DNA of 64,000 nt. Origin: Eledone cirrhosa (lineage: Eukaryota). Where the stretch lies: contig OZ024743.1 in the NCBI GenBank assembly GCA_964016885.1, forward strand, positions 201,128,001-201,192,000, written 5' to 3'. This document shows positions 12,805 through 26,975 of this stretch, piece by piece (position 1 is the first letter of the stretch; the number at the start of each line of letters is the position of its first letter). The translations under genes were made by a program, and so were the position numbers. The notes beneath the pieces are model-generated. The model was given only the letters and a program-made list of their open reading frames with translations, ran no database searches and was not told where the DNA came from.

Positions 12805-15800
12805 ATCATCATCATCATCATCATCGTTTAACGTCCATGTTCCACGCTTGCATGGGTTTGGACGGGAGTTGTCCCACTTGAGGCAAGAGTGGTTGTCTTG
12901 CTCGCATAGGACTGTCTGGCGGGTTTTCTACAGCTGGATGCCCTTCCTAACACCAACGACATTTACAGTGTGGAAGTGGGAGGTTTTTACCGTGTTACCT
13001 ACAGGGCCACATTACAGCGTGGACTGTGTGTTTTTTTTGTCGTGACACCTACACGATCTCATTTGTTTCGGCCTGGATGTTGTGGCACCAACATAACTTT
13101 ACATCGAAAGGGGCGGTGTGGATGGGGTAGGGGTGGTGGGACGGGGGTGTATTTTGTTAGAGATGCCTACTGACTGTAGTAGGTTTTACTTTGTATTTAG
13201 GTAAGGCGGGTCTTCTCTATTACTGAGTACCGCCAAAGATCTCGGTCCAGTGACATTGTCTTGGAGAGGTGTAAGTGTGTGAGGTCGGAATTTATCATGT
13301 CGTCCCAGGTTTTTCTGGGTCTGCCTACTCCGTGGCTACCGTCTATCTTTATTGCCCTGCAATTTTTTATACAGCTGTCGTCTTTCATGCACATCACGTG
13401 ACCATACCAATGTAGCCTTCTCTCGAGTAAACAACATCTGATCCCTCTTATTTCTAATTTTTCCCTTAGTTCGTTTATGCTTTGCCGTTCACGTATATTA
13501 CTATTAGACATCCAGCGGAGCATGCAAGCTTCGTTCCTCTCTAGTCTGCGTATATCCTCTGCACACAATGCCCAGGTCTCACTGCCATGCAACATTGCTG
13601 TTCATATGCAGGCATCATACAGCCTCCCTTTCATTTTTAGGGAGAACCCTTTAGCGGCTAATAGTGGTATAAGCTCTCTGAACTTTTTCCATCCAGTTCT
13701 GACTCTAGCTACTTTACTTTCAGAACACCCTCCCCCACTGCTGATTTTGTCACCCAGGTAACGGAAGCTGTCCACTATTTCTATAGAACCCACTGCGCAA
13801 TTGAAAGAGCTAGTATTTGTGGGCACTTGTTGCTACTTATTGCACCAGAGCTCCGGCCACATGTAAAATCTATGTTCTTAGTTAGCTTACCTGTGATCCC
13901 ACTACATCTTTTATGCACCCATACTTTGCATTTGGGACATAAAATGGAGTTTCTACCTACGCCTTTCCTACACACTGAGCATGGCCATTTCCCGGAAGGG
14001 ACCGGCGCCTTATTTTCTTTCCTACAAACTAGAACTTTAGTCTTAGCCAGGTTAATTTTAAGGCCTTTTGATTCTAGGCCGTGCTTCAATGTTTGGAATT
14101 TCTTCTCTAGCTCGGCCATTGATTCAGCTATGAGCGTTAGATCATCTGCGTATAGGAGTTCCCATGGGCAGCCGGTCTTGAACTCCACTGTTATAGCCTG
14201 AAGGGCAATAATAAATAGTAGGGGGCTAAGAACAGAGCCCTGATGAACACCAACTTTTACGCTAAACTCTTCACTATATTCGTTGTTAATTTTAACATTG
14301 CTGACTGTTTCTTTATACATGGCTTGTATAGCTCTCACAAGCCAATCATCAACACCTAGTTTTCTAAGAGCCCACCAGATAATGAAACGGGGGACTCTGT
14401 TGAAGGCTTTCTCCAAGTCGACAAAAGCTAAGTTTAGAGGTTTACTTTTAGCTAGGTACTTCTCCTGTAGTTATCGTACAATGAAAAGAGCATCTGTGGT
14501 ACTTTTGCCTGACACAAACCCGAACTGCATTTCTAGGTCAATTCTCTCTCTGATTAGTTGCGCTATTACTTTTTCCGTGACCTTCATGACCTGGTCGATT
14601 AATTTAATGCCTCTATAGTTACTCCTATCTAGGGCGTCTCCTTTACCCTTGTAGCAGTTAATGATGATGGTGCTACGCCAGTCCTTCGGAACAACCCCAT
14701 TCTGTATGACTTGGTTTACTATCCGGGTGACCATGGTGTGTCCCACCATTCCAGAGGCTTTCAGCATCTCAGCAACTATTTCCGAAGGCCCAGCCGCCTT
14801 ACCTGTCTTCATATCTTTGATTGCCTTACTTATTATATTACCTTCGACTAACACTGCTGGTTCCTCTATTGGGTCGATGTGGGGGAGACTGTCTTTCTCC
14901 CATTTATTCTCCTCATTTAGTAGCCTTTCGTAGTGACACTTCCAAGCTACCTTCTTATCAGCGTCAGTGATGGCAAGTACGCCATCATCATTAAGTACAC
15001 ACTTCTCCCCGACAATATCACGGTTTTCCTTGACACATTGTCTAGCAATCCTGAACACCTTACGTTTTTGGTCCTCGCGTTGTAGAACATGCTTGAACTT
15101 TCTTTCCTCTGCTTCCCTTCTTGCGAAGTACACTTGTCTCCTAGCTTCCCTCCTGGCCACTTGATAGTCTTCTCTACTTCCCCCATCCCGCCATACTTTC
15201 TAAGCCTGCTTTTTGGCCTTAATTGACTCCTCCACCTTACTGTTCCACCACCATGTTACTCTCCTCCTGCCTACAGGCCTGCTCCAGCTACAGACTTTCT
15301 CTGCCGCCATTAGCAGGTTTGCTTTCAGGAATTCCCACTGTTTCCTCTATATTGTACGACTCTAATGCTCTTCCTTACTGTCAAAAGCATCAAGTAATAT
15401 GCTTTTAAATTTATTTCTGGCTGTGGGGTCCTTTAGCTACATATTTTTCTCCTGAGGATAGTCCTCTTCTGCTGTCTAGTACGTCTCGTCCTGACTATGA
15501 GGTCGTTAATTATCAGTCTATGTTGGGAGGTGCATTCTTCATGGGGGAGGGATTTAGTCTTTACAACAGACACTCTGTCACGTCTTCTGGTAAGGATATA
15601 ATCTACCTGGCTGGTATGTTCCCCTGATCTGTAGGTGATCAAGTGATTGTCTCGTTTTTTGAAGTTAGTGTTAAAGATAGTTAGGTTATTTGCATCACAG
15701 AATTCCAGGATTCTGGAGCCTTCCTCGTTTCTAGTACCAAACCCATAGCCTCCGTGGATTCCGTCATAGCCGTCACAATGTTGTCCAACGTGGCCATTTA

Positions 15801-15846
15801 GGTCGCCAACAATAATTATATAGTCACTGTCGGTTATTGTCGGTTA
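12805..15846 (-). mobile_element. RTE-clade LINE, 5'-truncated, with stops and frameshifts (partial AP endonuclease, RT, PHD-like finger, 3' UTR, (ATG)n tail)
   Basis: GDLNGHVG / SQVDYIL (APE), KGKGDALDRSNYRGIKL, QFGF, EKAFNRV, GVHQGSVLSP, LYADDL, FRYLG, HGSETW, GRPRKTW. Confidence 0.95.
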
Positions 15847-16235
15847 TATATATATATAATAAACCCGTAGAACTAATATTTATTTTCAGAAGATCCCATT
15901 AAGGGTGAAACAGCAATTCTTTGCTTAAACTTTAATCTGTTCTTATAATATATATATATATATATATATTAAACTATATTAAACATATAATGTAGGTATA
16001 TATGCATATGTATGTGCAACAATAGATGTAGATAAATAGATATTTATAAACATACAGGGAAAATGGTTGTTATATGATGATGATAGTGATGCTGCTGCTG
16101 ATGATGATGATATACATAAAGCTATATATATATACACCCGGAGAATTACCCATCTGCATTGTTGAGGCTTCCAAAACGACCAAAAGAAAATAAATCTTAT
16201 TATTCCACAATGCTTCAAGCAAACTTCAATACTCT

Positions 16236-16272
<37 letters not shown>

Positions 16273-16810
16273 GTGTCTATGTATACATACACACACACAC
16301 AATCACACATATACACACACACACACACATATATATATATTTGTAGAAAGGTGTTAAGAAAACTAGTATAATGTTATCATTTCAAACTGTTCGACCCCTC
16401 ATTTTTACTCCATGTGGTTATGAAATCACTGTTCCTCCAAATGTTCCAATTGATATCTCTCAGATATAAAGTAAAAGGAAAGGCAGTGCAGAATTTGTTT
16501 TCATTCAATATTTACTCTCATCTCTTTCCATCCCTCCATCCTTCCTCCCCCTACCCATCTTTCTCAACATTCTCAGCCCCTTTTCCCTTCTCTACACTTC
16601 TCTAAACCTTCCAACTATATATTTACACTTACATAAAACTTAATACACATATGTACATACACACATATACAAAAATGTCTCTGTGTATCTGGTCTGTGTA
16701 TGTGAATGTGTGGGCAGGTCTACCGCATTTAGCTATCTTTGCTTGTACCTATTTACCCTGTCTACATAACAACATACCCAAGAAGGCCAGTATACATACA
16801 TAATCATATA

Positions 16811-16862
<52 letters not shown>

Positions 16863-16863
16863 A

Positions 16864-16941
<78 letters not shown>

Positions 16942-18074
16942 AAACCCATGCAAGCGGGGAAAAACGCATATAATGATGATGATGATGATGAGGATATATA
17001 CAGACAATGTATATATATGTATATATACAGTATACAAAGAATATATGTTTAAACCATTGTAGCATTTATAACATTCAAATATTAACTGAATGAGCACTCA
17101 ATACTGGAGTGTGGTTATTTATCTTCAAAGTAGAAAAGCATGTGTGAACGTATTGATGTGTTTGCATATATATATATATATACATACATATATATATATA
17201 TATGCATACATACACACATATATATATGCATACATACACACATATGCGAGTTACATGTTGGCATAGTCACACATCATTCCATCTCTCTTAACTTTTGAAA
17301 ATCACAAAACTAATGAAACTGGTAAAGTTATAAATTATTGTAAATAAACCTTCTTAAAGACTCCAATTGCATTTTCAGCTTCTTTTTCCTATATGAGATA
17401 TATTTTTTTTTAAATCTTACTTTCAAAGACATATAGATATATATATATATGTTTGTGTATGTGTGTGAAAGATATAACATTTTGTTCATATTAATAATTT
17501 ATTTTATTTGTCTGTGCCATTTAGTTTGTTAATAAGGGTATTATATATTGTTAAAGGTTTAGTTTAAGAGGATTAATAAATTGTACTAAACAAGCACGAG
17601 CAATGACTGATGGGTGAAGAAGAATAATTTTGTATAGAAATCATCTTTATATATACATTAGTTCGTTTTTTTAAACATTGAAGAGATTTGATCTCATGTT
17701 TGTATTTTAGAAAGTCACCACTATGCAGTTGAACAATAAAATACGTTGGGTAAATTACTCCTGGTGACAGAAAAAGGAGGGCAAAACTGCCTACAAGTAC
17801 CAAACTGTGCTTCTGTTGTATACCAAACAACAGCATTTTGCTGTTATACTGACATTTATACTGAAATTCTCTGTACATCTATTTCATTTAAAGATATAAA
17901 TAGTTATAGAACCAGATATCTATAAACACAAATAAACCCATACACGCAAATAAACCCATACACACACACATAAACACATACACACACACATAAACACATA
18001 CACACATGCACACAAAGTGCAAGAAATTTCATAACGCAGAAAAAAATGGTTTCATTATTAACAGATTATCATAA

Positions 18075-18118
<44 letters not shown>

Positions 18119-18599
18119 CAAAACCATGAAAAAAGATTAAATATAATACTGAAAACAAATTATAAACAAGAGAAAAAGAAAACAGTGTAACAAATAACAA
18201 CAGGAACAGTTACAGCATGTGGAGCAGTTATAACATCAACAACAACTAAAACAATAGCAAGAGCAACAACAACAACTAATGCAATATCAACCACCACAAC
18301 AACAACAGTAACAACATCAACCAGAACAACAACAACCACAACAGCAGCAACAATGTCAGCAACAACAGGAACAGCCACAACAACAAGAACAACAACAAGA
18401 ACAACAACATCAACAACATCATGAATACCAACAATATGAACAACAACAGTAATAACAACAACAACAGCCACAACACTAATATCAACAGCAACACTATCAA
18501 CAACAGCAACAGCAACAAAAATAGCAGTATCAACAAGAGCAGTAAATAGAAAGACAAAAATGGAGGAAGAAAGAGTAAAATAGCAATGTAATACAGAAG

Positions 18600-19715
18600 A
18601 AGGGAGGTAGGTGTAAAAGCCAAACTCGTTATCTCCAATTCAATATCCATGCCAACCCTTACCTATGGTCATGAATCTTGGGTAATGACTTAAAGAATAT
18701 GATTGCGAATACAAGTGGCCGAAATGAGGCTCCTCCGAAGGGTCTTTGGAGTAACATTATGATCATCATCATCACCGTTTGGCGTCCGTTCTTCCACGCT
18801 AGCATGGGTTAGACGGGTTGTCCTGTTGTGGGCAGTGTCCGGTCAGCTGACCATGTCTTGCTCATACAGGAACTGATTCTGGCTTGATTTCTACAGCTGG
18901 ATGCCCTTCCTGAAACCAACCTCATTTACAGTGAGTGCTAGGTGCTTTTTTTTTCTGTGGCGCCTACACGTCCACTTTACAGTGTGGGCTGGGTTATTTT
19001 TTGGCGTGGCACCTCCACGACCACTTTGCAGTGGAATGATAGAGACCCCAGTCCTATCATCTCATTTCTACAGCTGAGTAAACTGGAGCAATGTGATATA
19101 AAGTGTCTTGCTCAAGGAAACAACACATCACCCGGTCTGAGAATTGAACTCACAATCTTTCGATTGCAAGCCTAATGCTCTAACCACTAAGCTATGCGTC
19201 TTCATTATTCAATAACATTATTCGATAAACTTTAAAGCTTGGAGATCAGAGAGTCACTCCAAGTAGAGCTGCTTAATGACTGAAAGAATATGATTGCGAA
19301 TAGATGCCATCAAAATGGGGTTCCTCCATGTTACTCAATAGATTGTGTAGTTTGTGTAGTTCCTCCATGTTACTCAATAGATTGTGTAGTTTGGAGATCA
19401 GAGAGTCACTCCAGGTAGAGCCACTACTTCTCCGAATTGAGAGATCACAACTCCAATACTATTGGCTTGTGGTTAGAATGTCTCAGGAAAGAATCACAGG
19501 ACAGATTTTACGGGCAAAACCAGTCGGCAGGTGAGCCAGGGGTAGACTCTGAGCAAAATCCTTGGATAACATCCATGACCTTGGCTGATCTCATTTGGGG
19601 ATCTAGCTGGATCAGTTGGAGATGGTTGCTTCTGACAGGACCTGCTGGAAGGGAGTGTTTGAGGACTCTGCCCCCACGACCCTCTCAGGAATAAGTGGTC
19701 AAAGAAGAAGGTTAA
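18600..19715 (+). mobile_element. Second RTE family 3' fragment interrupted by SINE A (18762-19205, minus); relatives at ~34000-34385(+) and ~40980-41225(-)
   Basis: PTLTYGHESWVMT..IQVAEMRLLRR..LEIRESLQVEPLLLRIERSQL; taacattat repeated on both sides of the SINE (likely TSD). Confidence 0.75.
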
Positions 19716-19779
19716 ACCAAATGGGACGAAATAAAAGAAAAATGAAACAATACAGAAACATTTTCTTGTGTCTATGGGG

Positions 19780-20013
19780 GATGATGATGATGAGGAGGAG
19801 GAGGAGGGGGGGGGAGAATTCTGATGAAATTAAGAAAGATGATAATGATAATGATGTTGATGATAATTCTGAGAATGTAATGATGATGATTGACTGCAAT
19901 GATGTGACAATAAATGTGAAGATTATGGTGATTGTGATGACAATATTAAAGATGATGATAGCTATGAGGAGTTGATGATGACAATAATAAAGATGATGAT
20001 AACAATGAGGAAT

Positions 20014-20045
<32 letters not shown>

Positions 20046-20271
20046 ACTGTGAGGAGTTGATGATGATGATGCTGAGGATGATGATGGTGACGATGATGAT
20101 GGTGACGATGATGATGATGATGATGATGATGATTTTGATGATGATGATGATGATGATGGTTGTGATGATGATGAGGATGATGATGATTGTGATGATGATG
20201 ATGATGATGATGGTGTTGATGATGATGATGATGATGATGATGGTGCTGCTGATGATGATGATGATGCTGCT

Positions 20272-20302
<31 letters not shown>

Positions 20303-20635
20303 ATGTGATGATGATAATGATTGTGATGATGATGATGATGATGATGATAATGATGAAAACAATGACGACAGGTAGATGGGCCAGAATGATGCCCCACAAC
20401 AGTTGTAGCCAATACAACATACCAATATTGATTGATCACAATCAATTGTTAGGAAGTTGTATTGCTGTTGCACCTCTGTCATTGAAAATAACCTCATTTA
20501 TTACCACTAACACCACCATCGGCTCCATACTATACTGGGCTGAGTGTAGAGGGTGAGATAAGAGGGAGAGAAGGCAGAGGGCGAGTAGGGAGTGGGACAA
20601 AGACAGGAACAACAGCAATTACTACCATTACTACA

Positions 20636-20694
<59 letters not shown>

Positions 20695-20695
20695 C

Positions 20696-20761
<66 letters not shown>

Positions 20762-20971
20762 AATAATAATAATTTCTTTATTAGCCACAGGGTTCACATC
20801 AAGGAAACAATAAAGACACTACAGGATGATACAGTGTGTATTTTTTTTTGTGTAAAATTAAATTTATAACAGACACTAAGAAAAATAAACATATAATAAT
20901 CATACTGTAGTAGTAGTAGTAGTAGTAGTACCTCCAATACCACTACTACTACAGTCAGTTCCACCACCACA

Positions 20972-21009
<38 letters not shown>

Positions 21010-21080
21010 AACTACAGCCATGACCTCCACTACTATTATTACTACTACCAAAACCACCACCACTCCACCACTACTACTGT
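19780..21080. repeat. (GAT)n, (CTA)n, (CAA)n simple-repeat fields
   Basis: Direct inspection. Confidence 0.9.
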
Positions 21081-22359
21081 TACTATATACACTGTAATGC
21101 TGCTTTGTACTTTTTAAGAATGCTTTGTTAATGTGATTTCGTGTGGAACAGGGTGTTAAGAGTTAAACAACCAGAGTACTGAATCAGTCATTAACTTGTA
21201 GCGTTAATTTTGAATTCCAACATGGATAATTTGAATTCTAATATGTATCTGATATAGAATAGTTACACTATATCCCTGCATGTCATAAGAAATGACTGAA
21301 AGAGTTAGTGTCAAGAAGAGCATCCAACTGTAAAAGAATGCCCCAAAATGTCAAAGCAACTCAAGTTAGCATGAAAAAGTCAATGAAGAAAAGGTGAAGA
21401 TGATGATAATGATGCTTCAAAGAAATTTATTGATTCTGATGTTAATGTAGACATTTGCACCTACTCTCAGGTTCCAAATAATTGTGGGTTGCAGGTTGGG
21501 TGGAATAAGAGAGGGGTGAGGTGGGGTGGAATAAGCGGAGGAGTTGGAATAAGCAGGGGGATTTAAATAAGGGGGGGCATGGAATTAGTAATTTTTCTAG
21601 GCTGTCTCCATTGATATTTTTAAAAACCAGAATTAGTGGTTTAATTTATATATTTGAGACCCCAGACCATTTTATTTATTTTGGGATTTCTAGTAATGTA
21701 CTTTTGGGGTCATGTATAATGTTTTTTAATGTATAAAGAAAAATTTTGCTGGAGATAGAATAGCAATATTTAATAAGTGAGAGGTATAGGGGAAGGGAAA
21801 TCTGAAAAATTGATAAGTGTGTGAGTGTGTGTGTGTGTGTGGGGGGGGGGGGGGCATTATTTGAGACCCATGAGTAGATATGGCTATAGCTGTCACTCAT
21901 TTGTCCTCTCTAACAATTGAATTTGTGTCATACCATTCACAACCACCATTGCTACTACCTTCATCATAACCACTAGCACTGCCACTATAACAATGACCAT
22001 TCCTACCACTAGTTCCATCACAACAGATATTATATTTACTAATGTCATAATCACAAGCACTATGATTGTTACGATCACCATTGCAATTATTATCATCTTT
22101 GGCATCACAACAATGACAACCACCACCAACACCACCAAAACCACCAAAACCACCACCAATAACAATGACACTACTATAAGCCATGTTCTATAGAACAACA
22201 GCTGTGTAGAACGTAATAAGGAAAGTTAATTTAATTTGCCATTTCTTATTCATTTCTTAAAAGTAAGTTTATTGTATGTGTGTGTGTGTGTGTGTGTATG
22301 CATGCATGTGTGTACCTGCATGTGTGTATGCATTACTGATGTGTCTCACATAGAAAATG

Positions 22360-22432
<73 letters not shown>

Positions 22433-22541
22433 AATATATATATATCTTAATTTACAAAAATAAAAGGAGAGGAGATAGCTACAAAATATCTAATAAGTAT
22501 AAAAGGGAATGAAACCCTTAAAACCCTAGACACAATGAAAA

Positions 22542-22590
22542 TGTTAATTATGTCACGTTTCTGTGTAAGATATTCCTCAGGTGATTAACA
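22542..22590 (-). ncRNA. Degenerate type I hammerhead motif
   Basis: tgttaatcac-CTGAGGA-atatcttacaca-GAAAC-gt-GAC-ataattaaca; helix II and cleavage triplet are damaged. Confidence 0.45.
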
Positions 22591-22703
22591 CCTGCCCTAA
22601 AATATCATCAATGTAGTGCAATGTTATAGCTAAAATAATATACGATTCCAGAATGTATTTGTTTTGTAAGGTTTTTTTTATATGGAATCATATGTTAAAA
22701 CAG

Positions 22704-22953
22704 ATATTGTTATATTTGGGGAGGGTCATGTTGTCCTAATATTGCCAAAAATAGTAAAACACAGTGATAGTCACTGTAGATGACACAAATGTGTGTTGAA
22801 AGAACTTTGAGAAATTATATTTACATTTGTATTTTTAACTGTTGGTCAATCAATGATAACAATTATAGTGAAGTGAAAACCAAACCAACCAGTGAGTGCG
22901 TTTTAATATTTTTGGCAATATTAAAAGATGACCCTCCCCCAAAATAACAATAT
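22704..22953. mobile_element. MITE with ~55-bp imperfect terminal inverted repeats
   Basis: atattgttatatttggggagggtcat...atgaccctcccccaaaataacaatat. Confidence 0.6.
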
Positions 22954-23732
22954 ACAATTCTATTAATAGAACGATTATCCTGGGATAAATACAGTCAGCC
23001 CCTCCCCTGTTATTAAATATCTATGGCTATGTGTATCCAGCTTAGAACAGTACACTGTATCCTGTTATTAAATATTTATAACTGTGTCCTCAGGTAGGGA
23101 TTCACTAGATCTTATCTTGCTAAATAGAGAGTGAAAATGTTGTAGAACTTTCTCACCACCATATTGTAAGAGCTCTGCATATATGCCATCTACACCTGGA
23201 AACCATCCACTGTTCAACTTTGAAACATCTTTTCTTGCAACACAGTGGTTCTGTGAGAGGTAATTTTACAGGATTTTCAGAGATTAGATTGAGGAAATCC
23301 TCATCGACAGAGGGCTGGTTGAAATGTTCTTGAAAGTGCTCTCACCACCTTCACAAAATACCCTGTAATTCATTAAGTAGCTCCTAGCCATCCCTGCTAT
23401 GAAGCAGTGTCACCAGTTAAGACATACATACATACATACATGATGGCTGCAAACTCTGCTAAGAGTATTGCAATCGACGTAGATATATATACATTTATAT
23501 ATATATAAACAATTAAGTTAAAAATGTACATCTACATATGCATACTGAAATACTAGTGTGTATATGAATACACACACGTATGCATATGTAGGTGTACCAA
23601 GTCTTTCACTGGTCGCTTTACAGTGAGCGGCCCAGCTATTCTGTATGTAAACACACAGAAAAACCGGTTTTTAGAGTCATACTGGTTTTTGGGGGAACAC
23701 CTTCCCCCTATTCTACAGAAAGCCAGACAAGG

Positions 23733-23777
23733 AATATTGAACTAGTTTCGTTGTTGTTACAACTCATCAGCAATATT
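23733..23777 (-). ncRNA. Type I hammerhead ribozyme (minimal)
   Basis: Exact reverse complement of 24288-24332. Confidence 0.85.
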
Positions 23778-24287
23778 TACCTATCTACCGGCCCTTCTGG
23801 AGAATTGTAAAAGCACATATCGTTATATGCTTTTTCTATGAAAATTAGTAGTGGGCAGACTAATTTGCATAGAGTGTGAGTACGCACCGGTTCAGCGGAG
23901 ACGATAAAAACAAATAACGAAACGAAATTAAATTTCGTTTCGTTTGTAACTCACTTTTGTATGACTGACGCTTACTGTAAAGCGACCAGTGAAAGACTTG
24001 GTACACCTACATATGCATACGTGTGTGTATTCATATACACACTAGTATTTCAGTATGCATATGTAGATGTACATTTTTAACTTAATTGTTTAAGCGTCAG
24101 TCATACAAAAGTGAGTTACAAACGAAACGAAATTTAATTTCGTTTCGTTATTTGTTTTTATCGTCTCCGCTGAACCGGTGCGTACTCACACTCTATGCAA
24201 ATTAGTCTGCCCACTACTAATTTTCATAGAAAAAGCATATAACGATATGTGCTTTTACAATTCTCCAGAAGGGCCGGTAGATAGGTA

Positions 24288-24332
24288 AATATTGCTGATG
24301 AGTTGTAACAACAACGAAACTAGTTCAATATT
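24288..24332 (+). ncRNA. Type I hammerhead ribozyme (minimal)
   Basis: aatattg-CTGATGA-gttgt-aaca-acaac-GAAAC-ta-GTT-caatatt: 7-bp helix I, 5-bp helix II, palindromic ACTAGT helix III. Confidence 0.85.
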
Positions 24333-24619
24333 CCTTGTCTGGCTTTCTGTAGAATAGGGGGAAGGTGTTCCCCCAAAAACCAGTATGACTCTAAAAACCG
24401 GTTTGTCTGTGTGTTTACATACAGAATAGCTGGGCCGCTCACTGTAAAGCGACCAGTGAAAGACTTGGTACACCTACATATGCATACGTGTGTGTATTCA
24501 TATACACACTAGTATTTCAGTATGCATATGTAGATGTACATTTTTAACTTAATTGTTTAAGCGTCAGTCATACAAAAGTGAGTTACAAACGAAACGAAAT
24601 TTAATTTCGTTTCGTTATT

Positions 24620-24685
<66 letters not shown>

Positions 24686-25129
24686 TATAAATATGTATAT
24701 AGGAATATTTAATATAGAAATGGCTTCTATAGGACTAGAACTGTTTCATTCGGGAGAAATCAGGAACCTCGGATAAACTTATATATACACACATATATAT
24801 ATATATTATATATATATATTATATATTATGGAATACTGTTGGCTTCTTGCTCACAATAATTTCTATACTTTTCATTTATATATATATTATGTGTGTGCGA
24901 GAGAGAGTAAACATATATATTTATACACACACACACATATATACATACATAAACATACACATGCCTATATATAAATTTCTAAGACCAAAAATTTACAAAA
25001 TTAAATTGTAATCTAACATACACACACAAATGTATCTCCCATCAAAAATAAAAAAGATAAAACATAAAAAAAAAATGAAATATATAAGACAATTATTTAT
25101 AATTTCTTTATATTTCTTATATTTCCTAA

Positions 25130-25291
25130 CACTGCAAGAGTTCCCTCTCTGCTTCTCACTCTACCTCTCTGCCACTCTCTCACTCGGTCATTCTCTCTTT
25201 GTCTGTCTCTCATGCTATCTTCTCTCACTACGTCTTTCTTACTCTCTCTCTCTAAGACTATAAGAATTCTGATTCTCTCTCCCTCAGTTTG

Positions 25292-25328
<37 letters not shown>

Positions 25329-25484
25329 AGAATGGAAGAATACTCTCTCTAAGACTATAAGAATTCTGATTCTCTCTCCCTCTGTCTGTATTTTTCTCTC
25401 TCTCCCTCTCTTCCTCACTCACTCTCCCTTCTCTCACTCTTTCATTCTCTCTTTGTCTGTCTCTCATGCTGTCTTCTCTCACTA

Positions 25485-25559
<75 letters not shown>

Positions 25560-25770
25560 AAGACTGCAAGAATTCTGATCCTCTCTCTCTCTGTCTTTTT
25601 CACTCCTTCCTTCCCTCTCTCTCACTCTCCCACTCTCTCACATTGTCATTCTCTCTTTGTCTCTTATGCTATCTTTTTCACTGTCTTTCTTTCTTTGTCT
25701 CTTTGTCTCTCTCTCTCTCACTATCTCTTTGTCAGTCTTTTTTTCTGTCTATATCTCTCTCTTTCTCTCT

Positions 25771-25843
<73 letters not shown>

Positions 25844-25845
25844 AT
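25130..25845. repeat. (CT)n-rich region with three copies of aagact(a/g)(t/c)aagaattctgat
   Basis: Copies near 25254, 25350 and 25560. Confidence 0.8.
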
Positions 25846-26348
25846 ATATAGTTTAATTTAATTACTTATTTATTTCCTTATTTATTTATTCATCATTTGT
25901 TTCTTTTTTTTCTTTCTCTCAAACCTGAAAGTTTCTCATGTCTGCTAGAAGAAAGAAAGAATGGTAAGACGGCTACAAAGAAAGGACTAATAAGGAATAA
26001 TAATACTTAATGTAGAAAAAGATGAAATAAAGCAGCAGAAATGGTTGGTAATAGAATTGATCTTAATTAAGTGTCAACAAGACATTAGCTAAGATCTAAA
26101 GGATAAAATACTGAAGAAGGTTTAAACAATTTTGTTTCTTAATTGTCAATTGACAACAGAAAATGGAATAAAAAAATATATAATTTTATTTTTCAAAAGT
26201 ATTTTTCATTCGGGTTTTCTATTGTAATATCTTTTATATTTGTTTTTTTTTTGCTTTAAATTTCCTTTCCTTTGTTGCATATTCTGTTGTTTCTGAATTT
26301 AAAAATGCATGTAATTTCTACTGTATGTGTGCAGAGATTAAGTACAGT

Positions 26349-26662
26349 ATCATCATCATCATTGTGATCATCATCATTGTGATCATAATCATCGGCATCA
26401 TTATATATATCATCATCATCATCATCATCATCATTGTGATCATCATCATCGCGATCATAATCATCGTCATCATTATATATATCATCATCATCGCGATCAT
26501 AATCACCGTCATCATTATATATATCATCATCATCATCATCATCATCATTGTGATCATATCATCGCGATCATAATCATCGTCATCATTATATATATCATCA
26601 TCATCATCATCATCATTGTGATCATCATCATCGCGATCATAATCACCGTCATCATTATATAT

Positions 26663-26700
<38 letters not shown>

Positions 26701-26975
26701 TGTGATCATCATCATCGCGATCATAATCACCGTCATCATTATATATATCATCATCATCATCATCATCATTGTGATCATCATCATCATCATCATCGTCGTC
26801 ATCATTGTGATTATCATCATTGCGATCATAATCACCGTCATCATTATATCATCATCATCATCATCATTGTCGTCATCATTGTCATCATTGTCACCATCAT
26901 CATCATAATCATCATCATCGTGATCATCATCATTGTGATCATAATCATCATCATCGTTATATATATCATCATCAC
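26349..26975. repeat. (ATC)n-derived higher-order repeat
   Basis: Recurrent unit atcgcgatcataatcaccgtcatcattatatatatc(atc)n. Confidence 0.85.

Larger units (their letters stand above)
23506..24626. mobile_element. Retrozyme-like non-coding element: one exact inverted 467-bp monomer (23507-23973) joined head-to-head to ~1.4 tandem monomers (23975-24625), in (TA)n
   Basis: ctgtaaagcgacc at 23975 and 24442 (period 467); the arms differ at only one position that I could see. Confidence 0.85.

Noticed and set aside
23592-24473. Duplicated 72-aa ORF (MYQVFHWSLY...)
   Set aside because: It has a non-ATG start, is antisense to the ribozyme, has no recognisable domain, and is duplicated only because the element is.
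23506-24626. Explaining the inverted/tandem structures as assembly artefacts
   Set aside because: The arms carry substitutions and indels at most loci and polarity is consistent across eight loci. This is not fully excluded for this near-identical copy without reads.
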